From Deinococcus radiodurans R1 = ATCC 13939 = DSM 20539 (lineage in GTDB: Bacteria > Deinococcota > Deinococci > Deinococcales > Deinococcaceae), in assembly GCF_000008565.1 (NCBI RefSeq), contig NC_001263.1, positions 10,906 through 42,905 on the forward strand: a stretch of 32,000 bases of DNA. Direction: 5' to 3'. Below the pieces are notes generated by a model, which was given only the letters and a program-made list of their open reading frames with translations, did not search any database and had not been told where the DNA came from. The translations under genes were made by a program, and so were the position numbers. Below are positions 7,281 to 15,261 of this stretch, piece by piece; within the stretch, counting starts at the first letter, position 1, and every line of letters begins with the position of its first letter.

Positions 7281-8158
7281 GCTGTCCCCAGCCGAATCTG
7301 GCCGCCCGCCACCTGACAGGACAGCAGCGCGGCTCCGTCCCCGAGCTGCCCCTGGTACCTCGCGCTGCCGAACTCCCCACTTTTGCGGGTGGCGAAGTCG
7401 GCGGCGAACAGGCCCCCGGTAACCCGGGCGTCCACCCGCAGCGAACTGTCCGGACGGAGGGCTAGCCGGGCATTGCCCCCATGCAGTTTCAACTGGTGCT
7501 CGCCCGACGCGAGTTCCCCGTTCCAGTTCAGGTTGCCGCCGTGAATGCGGGCACTCAGAGCCGTGCTCCCCGCCACGCTTACGTTGCCGCCGTGCACCGT
7601 GAGGTCCGTGCCGCCCATCACTGCGCCCACGCTGAGATTGCCGCCCTGGATGCGAGCACTCAGGGACGCCATAGCCGCTGTCCTCACATTGCCGCCGTGC
7701 AGCGTGATCTGCAACTCGCCGCCGAGGCCCGGCAGGGCCACCTGACCGCCGTGTACCTCGGCCTGCACATCGCGCGGCGCGAACGGCAGGGTCAGCACCG
7801 CTCGCACGTTGCGCCAGTCTCCGCCCAGCCAGCCCCGGCGAGCCGTGTCCTTCACCTCACGCACCTGCCAGCCCTGCGGCGTGGCGGTCAGTTCCACCCG
7901 CCCCGGCTCGCTCACATGCAGTTGCGGGTGCGGCGCGGCGCTGTCCTGAACGACATGCAGCGCGTAGCCGGTCACGTCCAGATGCAGGTTCGGGGGGGTG
8001 TCGGTCGCCGCCGTCAACGGGGCGAGGTTGAGGGGTTCGCCGGGCTCATCGCCGGCCAGACCGTCCAGCAACTCGGCGGCTTCCTCAGCGGTGAGTTTGC
8101 CTGTGGCGACCAGATGTTCGACCTGGGAACGGAACTGCTCGTGCTGCTCTTCGTTCAT
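7277..8158 (-). CDS. SHOCT-like plus DUF4097/Toastrack (LiaG/YvlB-like) beta-helix repeat protein
   Basis: N-terminal ATGKLTAEEAAELLDGL. Seven x-H/Q/T-GG-N/Q repeats (VHGGQV, LHGGNV, IQGGNL, VHGGNV, IHGGNL, LHGGNA, VTGGLF). AAGGAGG SD before ATG 8158. Confidence 0.8.
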   Translation of the reverse strand: MNEEQHEQFRSQVEHLVATGKLTAEEAAELLDGLAGDEPGEPLNLAPLTAATDTPPNLHLDVTGYALHVVQDSAAPHPQLHVSEPGRVELTATPQGWQVREVKDTARRGWLGGDWRNVRAVLTLPFAPRDVQAEVHGGQVALPGLGGELQITLHGGNVRTAAMASLSARIQGGNLSVGAVMGGTDLTVHGGNVSVAGSTALSARIHGGNLNWNGELASGEHQLKLHGGNARLALRPDSSLRVDARVTGGLFAADFATRKSGEFGSARYQGQLGDGAALLSCQVAGGQIRLGTA

Positions 8159-8352
8159 GGTGCCTCCTTAAGAGAATAGAAACATGGAATTACCAAAATG
8201 TCAAACCCAGGCTTTCATGTTTATGCCGAGTTCAGAGGGATTTTACCCATAAAAACGATAATTCCCAGACCGACCTAGAAAACCGGAGTTTATAGAATGG
8301 TAAATCACCCCTTCACCCCTCCCCTTTCAGCCTCCGGGCTATCCTGCTCGGC
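8159..8352. promoter_or_regulatory. AT-rich divergent promoter region (Toastrack operon vs RNase II)
   Basis: About 40 % G+C by hand count over 8161-8300. TATAGAAT at 8291-8298. TATCCT (8340-8345) lies 7 nt before ATG 8353. Confidence 0.55.
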
Positions 8353-9738
8353 ATGACCCAGCCCGAACTCACCCCCGCCCAGCGCACCGAGGTGGAACTC
8401 CTCGCCCGGGGCCGCGCCGACAAGAGCCGCGTCCTGCGCGACCTGAAGCTGCCCGAAACGCCCGAGGCCGCCCACGCGCTGCTGCTGCGCCTCGGCGTCT
8501 GGGACGAGGCCCGCACCCCCTACGCCGACCGCCTGCGCGCCGCTTTGAACGCAGTGGAGTTGCCGGTGCCCGACTTCGACCCCGCCGAGGAGCGGCTCGA
8601 CCTGACCCATCTGCCCACCTTCGCCATCGACGACGAGGGGAACCAGGACCCCGACGACGCGGTGGGCGTGGAAGACCTCGGTGGCGGCCTGACCCGGCTG
8701 TGGGTGCACGTGGCCGACGTGGCGGCTCTGGTGGCCCCCGACAGCCCGCTTGACCTCGAAGCGCGGGCACGCGGCGCCACCCTCTACCTGCCCGACCGCA
8801 CCATCGGGATGCTGCCCGACGAACTGGTGGCGAAGGCGGGGCTGGGCCTGCACGAGGTGTCTCCGGCGCTCTCCATCTGTCTCGACCTCGACCCGGACGG
8901 CAACGCCGAGGCGGTGGACGTGCTGCTGACGCGCGTGAAGGTGCAGCGCCTCGCCTATCAGGAGGCGCAGGCCCGGCTGGAGGCGGGCGAGGAACCCTTC
9001 GTCACGCTCGCCCGCCTCGCCCGCGCCAGCCGCCGCCTGCGCGAGGGCGAAGGCGCGCTGTCCATCGACCTGCCCGAAGTGCGCGTGAAGGCCGACGAGA
9101 CGGGCGCCTCCGTCTTTCCGCTGCCCAAGCCCGAGATGCGGACGGTGGTGCAGGAGTGCATGACGCTGGCTGGCTGGGGGACCGCCATCTTTGCCGACGA
9201 CAACGAGATTCCCCTGCCCTTCGCCACCCAGGACTACCCCACCCGTGAGGTGGCGGGCGATACCCTGCCCGCGATGTGGGCGCGGCGTAAGACGCTGGCC
9301 CGCACCCGCTTTCAGCCCTCGCCAGGGCCGCACCACGGGATGGGCCTCGACCTCTACGCCCAGGCGACGAGCCCCATGCGCCGCTACCTCGACCTGGTGG
9401 TGCACCAGCAGTTGCGGGCCTTCCTGGCGGGCCGCGACCCGCTGAGCAGCAAGGTTATGGCCGCGCACATCGCCGAGTCGCAGATGAACGCCGACGCCAC
9501 CCGGCAGGCCGAGCGCCTCAGCCGCCGTCACCACACCCTGCGCTTCATCGCCGCGCAGCCGGAGCGCGTGTGGGACGCGGTGGTGGTGGACCGCCGGGGG
9601 GCACAGGCCACGCTGCTGATTCCCGACCTCGCCTTCGACGTGCAGGTAAACACGCCCGCCGCTCCCGGCACCGCGCTGCAGGTGCAATTTGCCGATATCG
9701 ACCTGCCGCAAATGCGGGTGCGGGCGCGCAGCGTCTGA
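8353..9738 (+). CDS. rnb: RNB-domain exoribonuclease (RNase II/R family), short form without N-terminal cold-shock domains
   Basis: FAIDDEGNQDPDDAV and TSPMRRYLDLVVHQQL RNB motifs. The C-terminus is S1-like. Confidence 0.9.
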   Translation: MTQPELTPAQRTEVELLARGRADKSRVLRDLKLPETPEAAHALLLRLGVWDEARTPYADRLRAALNAVELPVPDFDPAEERLDLTHLPTFAIDDEGNQDPDDAVGVEDLGGGLTRLWVHVADVAALVAPDSPLDLEARARGATLYLPDRTIGMLPDELVAKAGLGLHEVSPALSICLDLDPDGNAEAVDVLLTRVKVQRLAYQEAQARLEAGEEPFVTLARLARASRRLREGEGALSIDLPEVRVKADETGASVFPLPKPEMRTVVQECMTLAGWGTAIFADDNEIPLPFATQDYPTREVAGDTLPAMWARRKTLARTRFQPSPGPHHGMGLDLYAQATSPMRRYLDLVVHQQLRAFLAGRDPLSSKVMAAHIAESQMNADATRQAERLSRRHHTLRFIAAQPERVWDAVVVDRRGAQATLLIPDLAFDVQVNTPAAPGTALQVQFADIDLPQMRVRARSV

Positions 9739-9850
9739 CGCTGTCAGCAAGCGAATCCGCAGCGGGACATTTCGCCCTGAACGAAAAAAAATGACGTTCT
9801 AGACGCGGGAAAGTTGCCTCATCTTGCATTTGGAAAGCGCCAGAGCTGTC

Positions 9851-9856
9851 TAAACT
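9851..9856 (+). promoter_or_regulatory. -10-like TAAACT, 6 nt before ATG 9863 (leaderless type); TTGGAA 15 nt upstream
   Basis: TANNNT-N6-ATG pattern, recurrent in this window. Confidence 0.4.
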
Positions 9857-9862
9857 GCGGGT

Positions 9863-10129
9863 ATGACTGCCGCGAGCCTTCCCTGCGACATCGTGTCCCT
9901 CCGCATGGCCCACTGCCGTGCCGAGCACGCCGCCGGAAGTCGGCAGTATCACCTCGCGGTGCTGCATTACCGCACCTGCCTCGAAGTCGCCGAGCGCCGC
10001 GAAGACTGCCGCGCCATGCAGTTTTTCGCGCTGCGCCTCGCCGAGTGCTATGACGAAATGGGCCTGAGAACCAAGGCGCACTCTTTCCGTCATCTCGCCG
10101 ACGCCGATGACACCGCTCTGCTGGGCTAA
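9863..10129 (+). CDS. Small helical (TPR-like) hypothetical protein, 88 aa
   Basis: High GC3, leaderless-type -10, no recognisable catalytic motif. Confidence 0.55.
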   Translation: MTAASLPCDIVSLRMAHCRAEHAAGSRQYHLAVLHYRTCLEVAERREDCRAMQFFALRLAECYDEMGLRTKAHSFRHLADADDTALLG

Positions 10130-10147
10130 AAATTCTTTTGCTCTAAA

Positions 10148-10245
10148 GCATTTGACAGAATGATCTGGTCTGTCTTTGACCCTCTACCTTGATGGGAGAG
10201 GGCCTTGCGAAGCAAGGGGTGAGGGTGTCTTTTTCTGTCAAATGC
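10148..10245. repeat. MITE-like structured small noncoding repeat with 13-bp perfect terminal inverted repeats
   Basis: GCATTTGACAGAA (10148-10160) mirrors TTCTGTCAAATGC (10233-10245). The core GACCCTCTACC..GGGAGAGGGCCTTGCGAAGCAAGGGGTGAGGG recurs at 25168-25220 and 25249-25302. Confidence 0.8.
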
Positions 10246-10256
10246 CCTAGTAAACG

Positions 10257-10856
10257 TCAGGAAGACCAACTGGGCCGGAATGGACTCTGCCGATACTCAC
10301 TGATTTGCTGTGCGAGGCGCAGAGTCATCAGAAGATGTTCGTACCGTTCGGGATGACCATTGAGAGCCTGTCCGCTGGGATGCCAACTGTTGAGGGTCAC
10401 AGTCCTGCTGACGGCTCTGCCCTTGACCCGCGCCCACCCGCTGGCGGCGGCTCGTCCCAGCGTGACGACGACAGCCAGCTCTGGCAAAAGCTCGATGAGC
10501 TCGGCGAGAAGGTCGGCGCCTTCCTGAATCTCGCCTTGCTTGACGCCGCGAATTCGGTGGTCATCACCTACGTACCACGGCACGATATTCCACAACAAAA
10601 GCTGTTCACGACGCACGCCGCTGTCTGCAATGAGCTGAAACATGGTGTGGGCCGTGTGGTCGTCATTGTCCATGCTGATAAATCCACTGCCACCGCGGGA
10701 CTGCGCGGCTTGTGGCCCCGGCGCTTCCAGCAGGCAGAGAATGCGGCTGTTGACGCCTCCACCTGCCGGGTCAAGCTCTGGAATGTCCAGGCCGCGTGGC
10801 GCCACCCTTGCCCGTAAGTCCTGAAGGTGAGCTTGCAGCGGGACGTGGTGCGGCAA
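10257..10856 (-). CDS. Uracil-DNA glycosylase superfamily protein (family-4-like motifs, no Fe-S cysteines)
   Basis: LLEAPGP (motif A-like) and SWHPSGQAL (motif B-like). The first in-frame start is TTG 10856 with no SD, so the start is uncertain. Confidence 0.7.
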   Translation of the reverse strand: MPHHVPLQAHLQDLRARVAPRGLDIPELDPAGGGVNSRILCLLEAPGPQAAQSRGGSGFISMDNDDHTAHTMFQLIADSGVRREQLLLWNIVPWYVGDDHRIRGVKQGEIQEGADLLAELIELLPELAVVVTLGRAAASGWARVKGRAVSRTVTLNSWHPSGQALNGHPERYEHLLMTLRLAQQISEYRQSPFRPSWSS

Positions 10857-11029
10857 AGTGAGCTAGGAGCGGCGCTGCTCTACTTGGGTAGGGTCGGCAA
10901 GCTGTCTGGATGAAGTTGGAAATTCTGGGAGAGCGCTGTCCATGTCCCCAACTCTACGGGGGCCTCTGAAAAGCTGACATACATGGGGAAAACAAAAAAT
11001 CCCCTGCCAGGGACAGAGGAGTTCTCGTT

Positions 11030-11106
<77 letters not shown>

Positions 11107-11125
11107 TGCTCCCCAGGGGGAGACT

Positions 11126-11202
<77 letters not shown>

Positions 11203-11327
11203 AACTGGTAAATATGAGGCTGCCAAAAGCAGCGCGATTAAAGATAGCGGGCGATTCTCAGGGTGTCAACCATGTCACGGTGTGCGGGCGAGAGCAGGGT
11301 GACTGGCCCGCTAGACTGCGGGGCGTG

Positions 11328-11861
11328 ATGAGTGATCTTTCTGCTGACTCGGCGTCCCCCCGCGTCGGCGTGGTGATGGGCAGCCGCAGCGACTCCGAGA
11401 CGATGCAGGGCGCCTTGGACCTCCTGTCGCAGCTTGAGATTCCCTACGAGGTGCGCGTGCTCTCGGCCCACCGTACGCCGGGGCTACTGTCGACCTACGC
11501 GGCCCGCGCCGAGCGGCTGGGACTCGCCTGCATCATTGCCGGGGCGGGGGGGGCCGCGCACCTGCCAGGGATGCTGGCGGCCTTTACGCGGGTGCCGGTG
11601 CTCGGCGTGCCGGTGCAGTCGCGGGCCCTCAGCGGTCAGGACAGCTTGCTGAGCATCGTGCAGATGCCTGCCGGTGTCCCCGTCGCCACCTTCGCCATCG
11701 GACAGGCGGGGGCCAAAAACGCTGCGCTCTTTGCCGCCGCCCTGCTCGCCACCACTGATGCGGGGGTGCGGACCCGGCTGGAGGCCTTCCGCGCTGCTCA
11801 AACTCAAGCCGTGCTGGATGACCCCTATTTCGACGGTCATCCCCAGGCGGGCACCGAATGA
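11328..11861 (+). CDS. purE: N5-carboxyaminoimidazole ribonucleotide mutase
   Basis: [14 protein letters not shown] and [10 protein letters not shown] motifs. ATG 11328 lies downstream of the tRNA genes. The ORF track start at 11178 overlaps tRNA-Asp. Confidence 0.92.
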   Translation: MSDLSADSASPRVGVVMGSRSDSETMQGALDLLSQLEIPYEVRVLSAHRTPGLLSTYAARAERLGLACIIAGAGGAAHLPGMLAAFTRVPVLGVPVQSRALSGQDSLLSIVQMPAGVPVATFAIGQAGAKNAALFAAALLATTDAGVRTRLEAFRAAQTQAVLDDPYFDGHPQAGTE

Positions 11862-12970
11862 GCGACCAACCTGCGGCCACCCTCGGCATTCTGGGCGGCG
11901 GACAACTCGCTCAGATGCTGGCCCTCGCTGCGCTGCCGCTGGGGGTGCAGGTGCGGGTGCTTGAACCTGATGCGGAAGCCCCAGCCCGGCTGTGTGCCGA
12001 GCATGTGCACGCGCCCTACACCGACCCGGCGGGGCTGGACGCGCTTGCGGCGTGCGACGCGGTCACGCTGGAATTCGAAAATGTCCCGGTGGAGTCGCTG
12101 GACGCTCTGCGGGGCCGGGTGCCGGTGCGTCCCGGAGCCGGGCTGCTCGCCCGCTCCAAGCACCGCGCCCGCGAGAAGGCGGCGCTGCAAGAGGCGGGGG
12201 CGCGCACGGCGCCCTTCGTGGTCATCCAGCGGGAAGCGGACCTGGACGGCGCTCTGGACCGGGTCGGGGGCCAGGGCATCCTCAAAACCTCCGAACTCGG
12301 GTACGACGGAAAAGGGCAGGTGCGGGTGGCCTCCGACACCGACCTGCGCCAGGGCTGGGCCGAGCTGGGGCAAGTCGCCTGCATATTGGAAGGCTTCGTC
12401 ACCTTTGAGCGCGAAGTCAGCCTCGCTGTGGCGCGCACGGCGGACGGGCGCCTGGCCTTTGGGCCGCTGGTGGAGAACGTCCACCGTGACGGGATTTTGC
12501 GGACGTCCGTTTACCCCGCTGCCGTGCCGGACGGCACCGAAGCCCGCGCCCGCGAGATGGCCCGCGCCGTGGCCGAGGGCTGGGGCCTGGAAGGGCTGCT
12601 CACGCTGGAATTCTTTCAGGTGCCGGACGGCGACCTGCTGGTGAATGAGGTCGCGCCCCGTGTCCACAACTCCGGCCACCTGACCCAGGACGGCGGCGGT
12701 GCCAGCCAGTTCGAGGCACAGGTGCGCGCGGTGCTGGGCCTGCCGCTGTCCGACTGGTCTCCCCTGCTGCCCTGCGCGATGGTCAACTATGTCGGTGTGG
12801 AGGGGGCCGCGCCCGACTGGGCCGCCATTGACGCCCTTCCCGGCACCCGCGTCCACCTCTATCACAAGGCGCACCGCACCGGGCGCAAGCTGGGACACGT
12901 CAATCTGGCAGCGCCCGACCTGCCCACCTTGCATCAGCGGCTGGCACAGCTCGAACAGCTCATCCCCTGA
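11858..12970 (+). CDS. purK: N5-carboxyaminoimidazole ribonucleotide synthase (ATP-grasp)
   Basis: [13 protein letters not shown]-terminus, ATP-grasp core, ATGA overlap with purE. Confidence 0.92.
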   Translation: MSDQPAATLGILGGGQLAQMLALAALPLGVQVRVLEPDAEAPARLCAEHVHAPYTDPAGLDALAACDAVTLEFENVPVESLDALRGRVPVRPGAGLLARSKHRAREKAALQEAGARTAPFVVIQREADLDGALDRVGGQGILKTSELGYDGKGQVRVASDTDLRQGWAELGQVACILEGFVTFEREVSLAVARTADGRLAFGPLVENVHRDGILRTSVYPAAVPDGTEARAREMARAVAEGWGLEGLLTLEFFQVPDGDLLVNEVAPRVHNSGHLTQDGGGASQFEAQVRAVLGLPLSDWSPLLPCAMVNYVGVEGAAPDWAAIDALPGTRVHLYHKAHRTGRKLGHVNLAAPDLPTLHQRLAQLEQLIP

Positions 12971-13077
12971 CTTTTCGTCTGCTTCCCGCACCCCCCGTGA
13001 CCCGTTCCTGATCGAGTGTCGGGGCAAAGGTAAGCTCTGCTCATTGCCCGTCAGCCAGGGGCGTCTAGGGTAGATGG

Positions 13078-14277
13078 ATGAAGCGTTTTCTTCTTCCCCT
13101 GCTGCTGACCTGGCCTGGCGCGGCGCTGGCAGCCCAGCCTGCTCCTCAGCTGGCACTGGCACAGGATCTGCAACTCACTTTCAAGGGCGAACTCAAAAAG
13201 ATCGACGACGGTCAGCTCGTCACGGCGCCTGTGACCAAGAGCTGGACCCTGCCCGCCAAGTGGGTTGCCCGCAGCCGTGAGTACAACAAGCTCAGCTCGT
13301 ACCTGACCCCCTACCTCGACCGGGTGGAAAAGGAAACCTTCGTGCGTGGGCGCCCCGCCAAGTTCGAGCAGGTGGGCAACAAGTGGGTGGCGACCGACCA
13401 GCCCGAGTGGAAGCTCGACCGTCCGGCGACGGAGGCCAAGCTGCTCGAAGCGATTCGCACTGGGGCAACGACCCTGCCGGTCGTCTTCAGCGAAAAGGTG
13501 CCCCAGCGCAGCGTGGCCCTGCTTGCCGAGCGCGGCGTCATGCGCAACCTGGCGAGCGCCCGCAGCTCATTTACTGGCAGCCCGGATTTCCGCGTCAAGA
13601 ACATCGTGGTCGGGTCTTCTAAGCTTGACTACCAGTGGGTGGCGCCCGGCGAGGACTTCGATTTCAACAAGTCAATGGGGGACATCAACGCGGCCAACGG
13701 CTTCGTGCCCGGTTACATCATTTCCGGCGGCACGCTGGCGCTGGAAGACGGCGGCGGCATCTGCCAGGTCAGCACCACCATTTTCCGCGCCCTTTGGGAA
13801 GCGGGCCTGCCCATCGTAGAGCGCAACCAGCACTCCTACCGCGTCCACTACTACGACCCGGTGGGCTACGAGGCGACGGTGTACGCCCCCAGCAAGAACC
13901 TGCGGATGAAGAACGACACCGATGCCTACATCTTCATTCAGGCGAGCTGGAACACGGCGACCCAGAAACTACGCTTCGACGTGTTTGGCCCTGACACGGG
14001 CCGCAAAACCCAGATCAGTGCCCCAGTGGTCACGGATGTGAAACCCGCCGCCTCTCCCACCTTCACCCCTGATAAGCGCGTGGTGCTGGGGCAACAGCGC
14101 CTGCTCGACCAGCCGATGGAGGGGATGACGAGCGTGATTACCCGCACCGTCACCTTCCGCGACGGCACCAGCCAGCAGGACAGCATTAAGAGCGTCTACA
14201 AGCCCTGGGGCGCGGTGTACGGCGTGCATCCCAGCGACCCGCGCCTGAAGCAGACGGAAGCGCAGGCGAAGAAGTAA
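13078..14277 (+). CDS. VanW-family secreted protein
   Basis: Signal peptide MKRFLLPLLLTWPGAALA. GGGICQVSTTIFRALWEAGLPIVERNQHSY VanW core. Confidence 0.85.
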   Translation: MKRFLLPLLLTWPGAALAAQPAPQLALAQDLQLTFKGELKKIDDGQLVTAPVTKSWTLPAKWVARSREYNKLSSYLTPYLDRVEKETFVRGRPAKFEQVGNKWVATDQPEWKLDRPATEAKLLEAIRTGATTLPVVFSEKVPQRSVALLAERGVMRNLASARSSFTGSPDFRVKNIVVGSSKLDYQWVAPGEDFDFNKSMGDINAANGFVPGYIISGGTLALEDGGGICQVSTTIFRALWEAGLPIVERNQHSYRVHYYDPVGYEATVYAPSKNLRMKNDTDAYIFIQASWNTATQKLRFDVFGPDTGRKTQISAPVVTDVKPAASPTFTPDKRVVLGQQRLLDQPMEGMTSVITRTVTFRDGTSQQDSIKSVYKPWGAVYGVHPSDPRLKQTEAQAKK

Positions 14278-14286
14278 ACCGAACTG

Positions 14287-14326
14287 CAACCCCGGCGGCT
14301 CCCTAGACGGGGCACTGCCGGGGTTG
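14287..14326 (+). terminator. 10-bp perfect hairpin after the VanW gene (weak U-tract)
   Basis: CAACCCCGGC (14287-14296) pairs with GCCGGGGTTG (14317-14326), followed by TGTAATCTCT. Confidence 0.45.
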
Positions 14327-14367
14327 TGTAATCTCTCGGCAGGGCGGAATGTTTTAATGCCCTCACC

Positions 14368-15177
14368 ATGACCACCGACCAGCAGCGCCGCGCCGCCAAC
14401 GCTCGGCAATTTGACCGTATTGCCGCCGACTATGACGCGCTGGGTTTTTTGACTCAGGCTGCGTTGGCCCTGGCCGCCGCGCTAGATGTTCCGCCCACTG
14501 GCCGGGTACTTGATGTGGCGACAGGTACCGGCACTGTGGCCTTGACGCTCGCTCCAAAGGTTGCTGAGGTGATGGGCACTGACATTGCCCCAGCCATGAT
14601 TGAACAGGCGCGGCAGCGGGCGGCTGGACGCTCCAACGTGCAGTTCGTGCTTGCTGAGGCAACAGCCCTGACCTTTGCCGATCAAAGTTTCGACGTGGTG
14701 GTTTGTGGCGCAGGGCTTTTTTTCGTGCCCGATATGGTCGCAGCTTTAAGAGAGTGGCGGCGGGTGCTGCGGCCCGGTGGCGAAGTCGTGTTTAGCGCGT
14801 TTGGGCGTGGCCTGCTCGGCCCGTTGCCGGGACTGTGGCGCGAACGGCTCGCCGGAGAAGGCGTCAAACCTGGAGCGCCGCCGCTGGGGCGTATCGGTAC
14901 GGTAGAGGCCGCAAAGGACTTGCTCATTCAGGCAGGGTTTGCTGAGGTGACTGCCGAATTGACGCCGTTGCCCTACACCCTCGCTACGCCTGCTGACCGC
15001 TGGGCCGACATCCGGGCAGGACTGGAAGGATTGCCCCTTGCCCAATTCACGCCAGAAGTGCAAGCCCGTCTAGAAGACGAGCATCTTGCCGAATTACAAC
15101 CGCTGTTCGCCGCTGGGCCGCTGACGGTGCCGATTCTCTTGATCGTGGCGCGAGGGCGCAAAGCGGTTTCAGATTGA
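14368..15177 (+). CDS. Class I SAM-dependent methyltransferase (Methyltransf_11-like)
   Basis: VLDVATGTGTVAL motif I, LRPGGEVVFSAF. TTTAAT lies 9 nt before the ATG. Confidence 0.85.
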   Translation: MTTDQQRRAANARQFDRIAADYDALGFLTQAALALAAALDVPPTGRVLDVATGTGTVALTLAPKVAEVMGTDIAPAMIEQARQRAAGRSNVQFVLAEATALTFADQSFDVVVCGAGLFFVPDMVAALREWRRVLRPGGEVVFSAFGRGLLGPLPGLWRERLAGEGVKPGAPPLGRIGTVEAAKDLLIQAGFAEVTAELTPLPYTLATPADRWADIRAGLEGLPLAQFTPEVQARLEDEHLAELQPLFAAGPLTVPILLIVARGRKAVSD

Positions 15178-15189
15178 GCCTGACTCCTT

Positions 15190-15223
15190 GGAGGGGACTC
15201 ACTCTTAAGCTCAGTGAGCCTCC
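15190..15223. terminator. Bulged hairpin between convergent methyltransferase and mnmG genes
   Basis: GGAGG/CCTCC plus CTCACT/AGTGAG stems around CTTAAGCTC. The core resembles 25231-25250. Confidence 0.45.
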
Positions 15224-15245
15224 TTCCCCATTTGTTTCACCGTCA

Positions 15246-15261
15246 AGTTTCGCGTGAAACC
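15246..15261. promoter_or_regulatory. parS-like centromere site (ParB binding site candidate)
   Basis: AGTTTCGCGTGAAACC vs consensus TGTTTCACGTGAAACA. The 14-bp core GTTTCGCGTGAAAC has one mismatch. A perfect half-site TGTTTCAC lies at 15233-15240. Confidence 0.65.

Noticed and set aside
7480-7760. Apparent tandem nucleotide repeats (GTTGCCGCCGTGCA-like every 45-50 nt).
   Set aside because: Explained by the HGGN beta-helix repeats of the Toastrack protein on the minus strand. Not a satellite or CRISPR-like array (no constant repeat/spacer structure).
8305-9750. 481-aa ORF antisense to the RNase II gene. Similar long antisense or offset ORFs occur at 773-1819, 3179-4546, 5282-6676, 11837-13162, 18867-20060, 21856-22827, 23831-25312, 25219-26589 and 26592-27881.
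   Set aside because: High-GC shadow ORFs. Their translations are Arg/Gly/Ala/Pro-rich with no motifs. The partner frame carries unmistakable family signatures (RNB, ParA, PurK, E1, E2, PurA, FolE, GlyA).
10857-11029. Looked for a direct repeat of the tRNA-Phe 3' end (att-like) that would delimit an island containing the UDG-like gene, and for a terminator after the tRNA pair.
   Set aside because: No copy of the tRNA 3' segment is seen between 9740 and 11029. The only stem before the T6 run (about 10995-11020, minus strand) is 4 bp, too weak to call.
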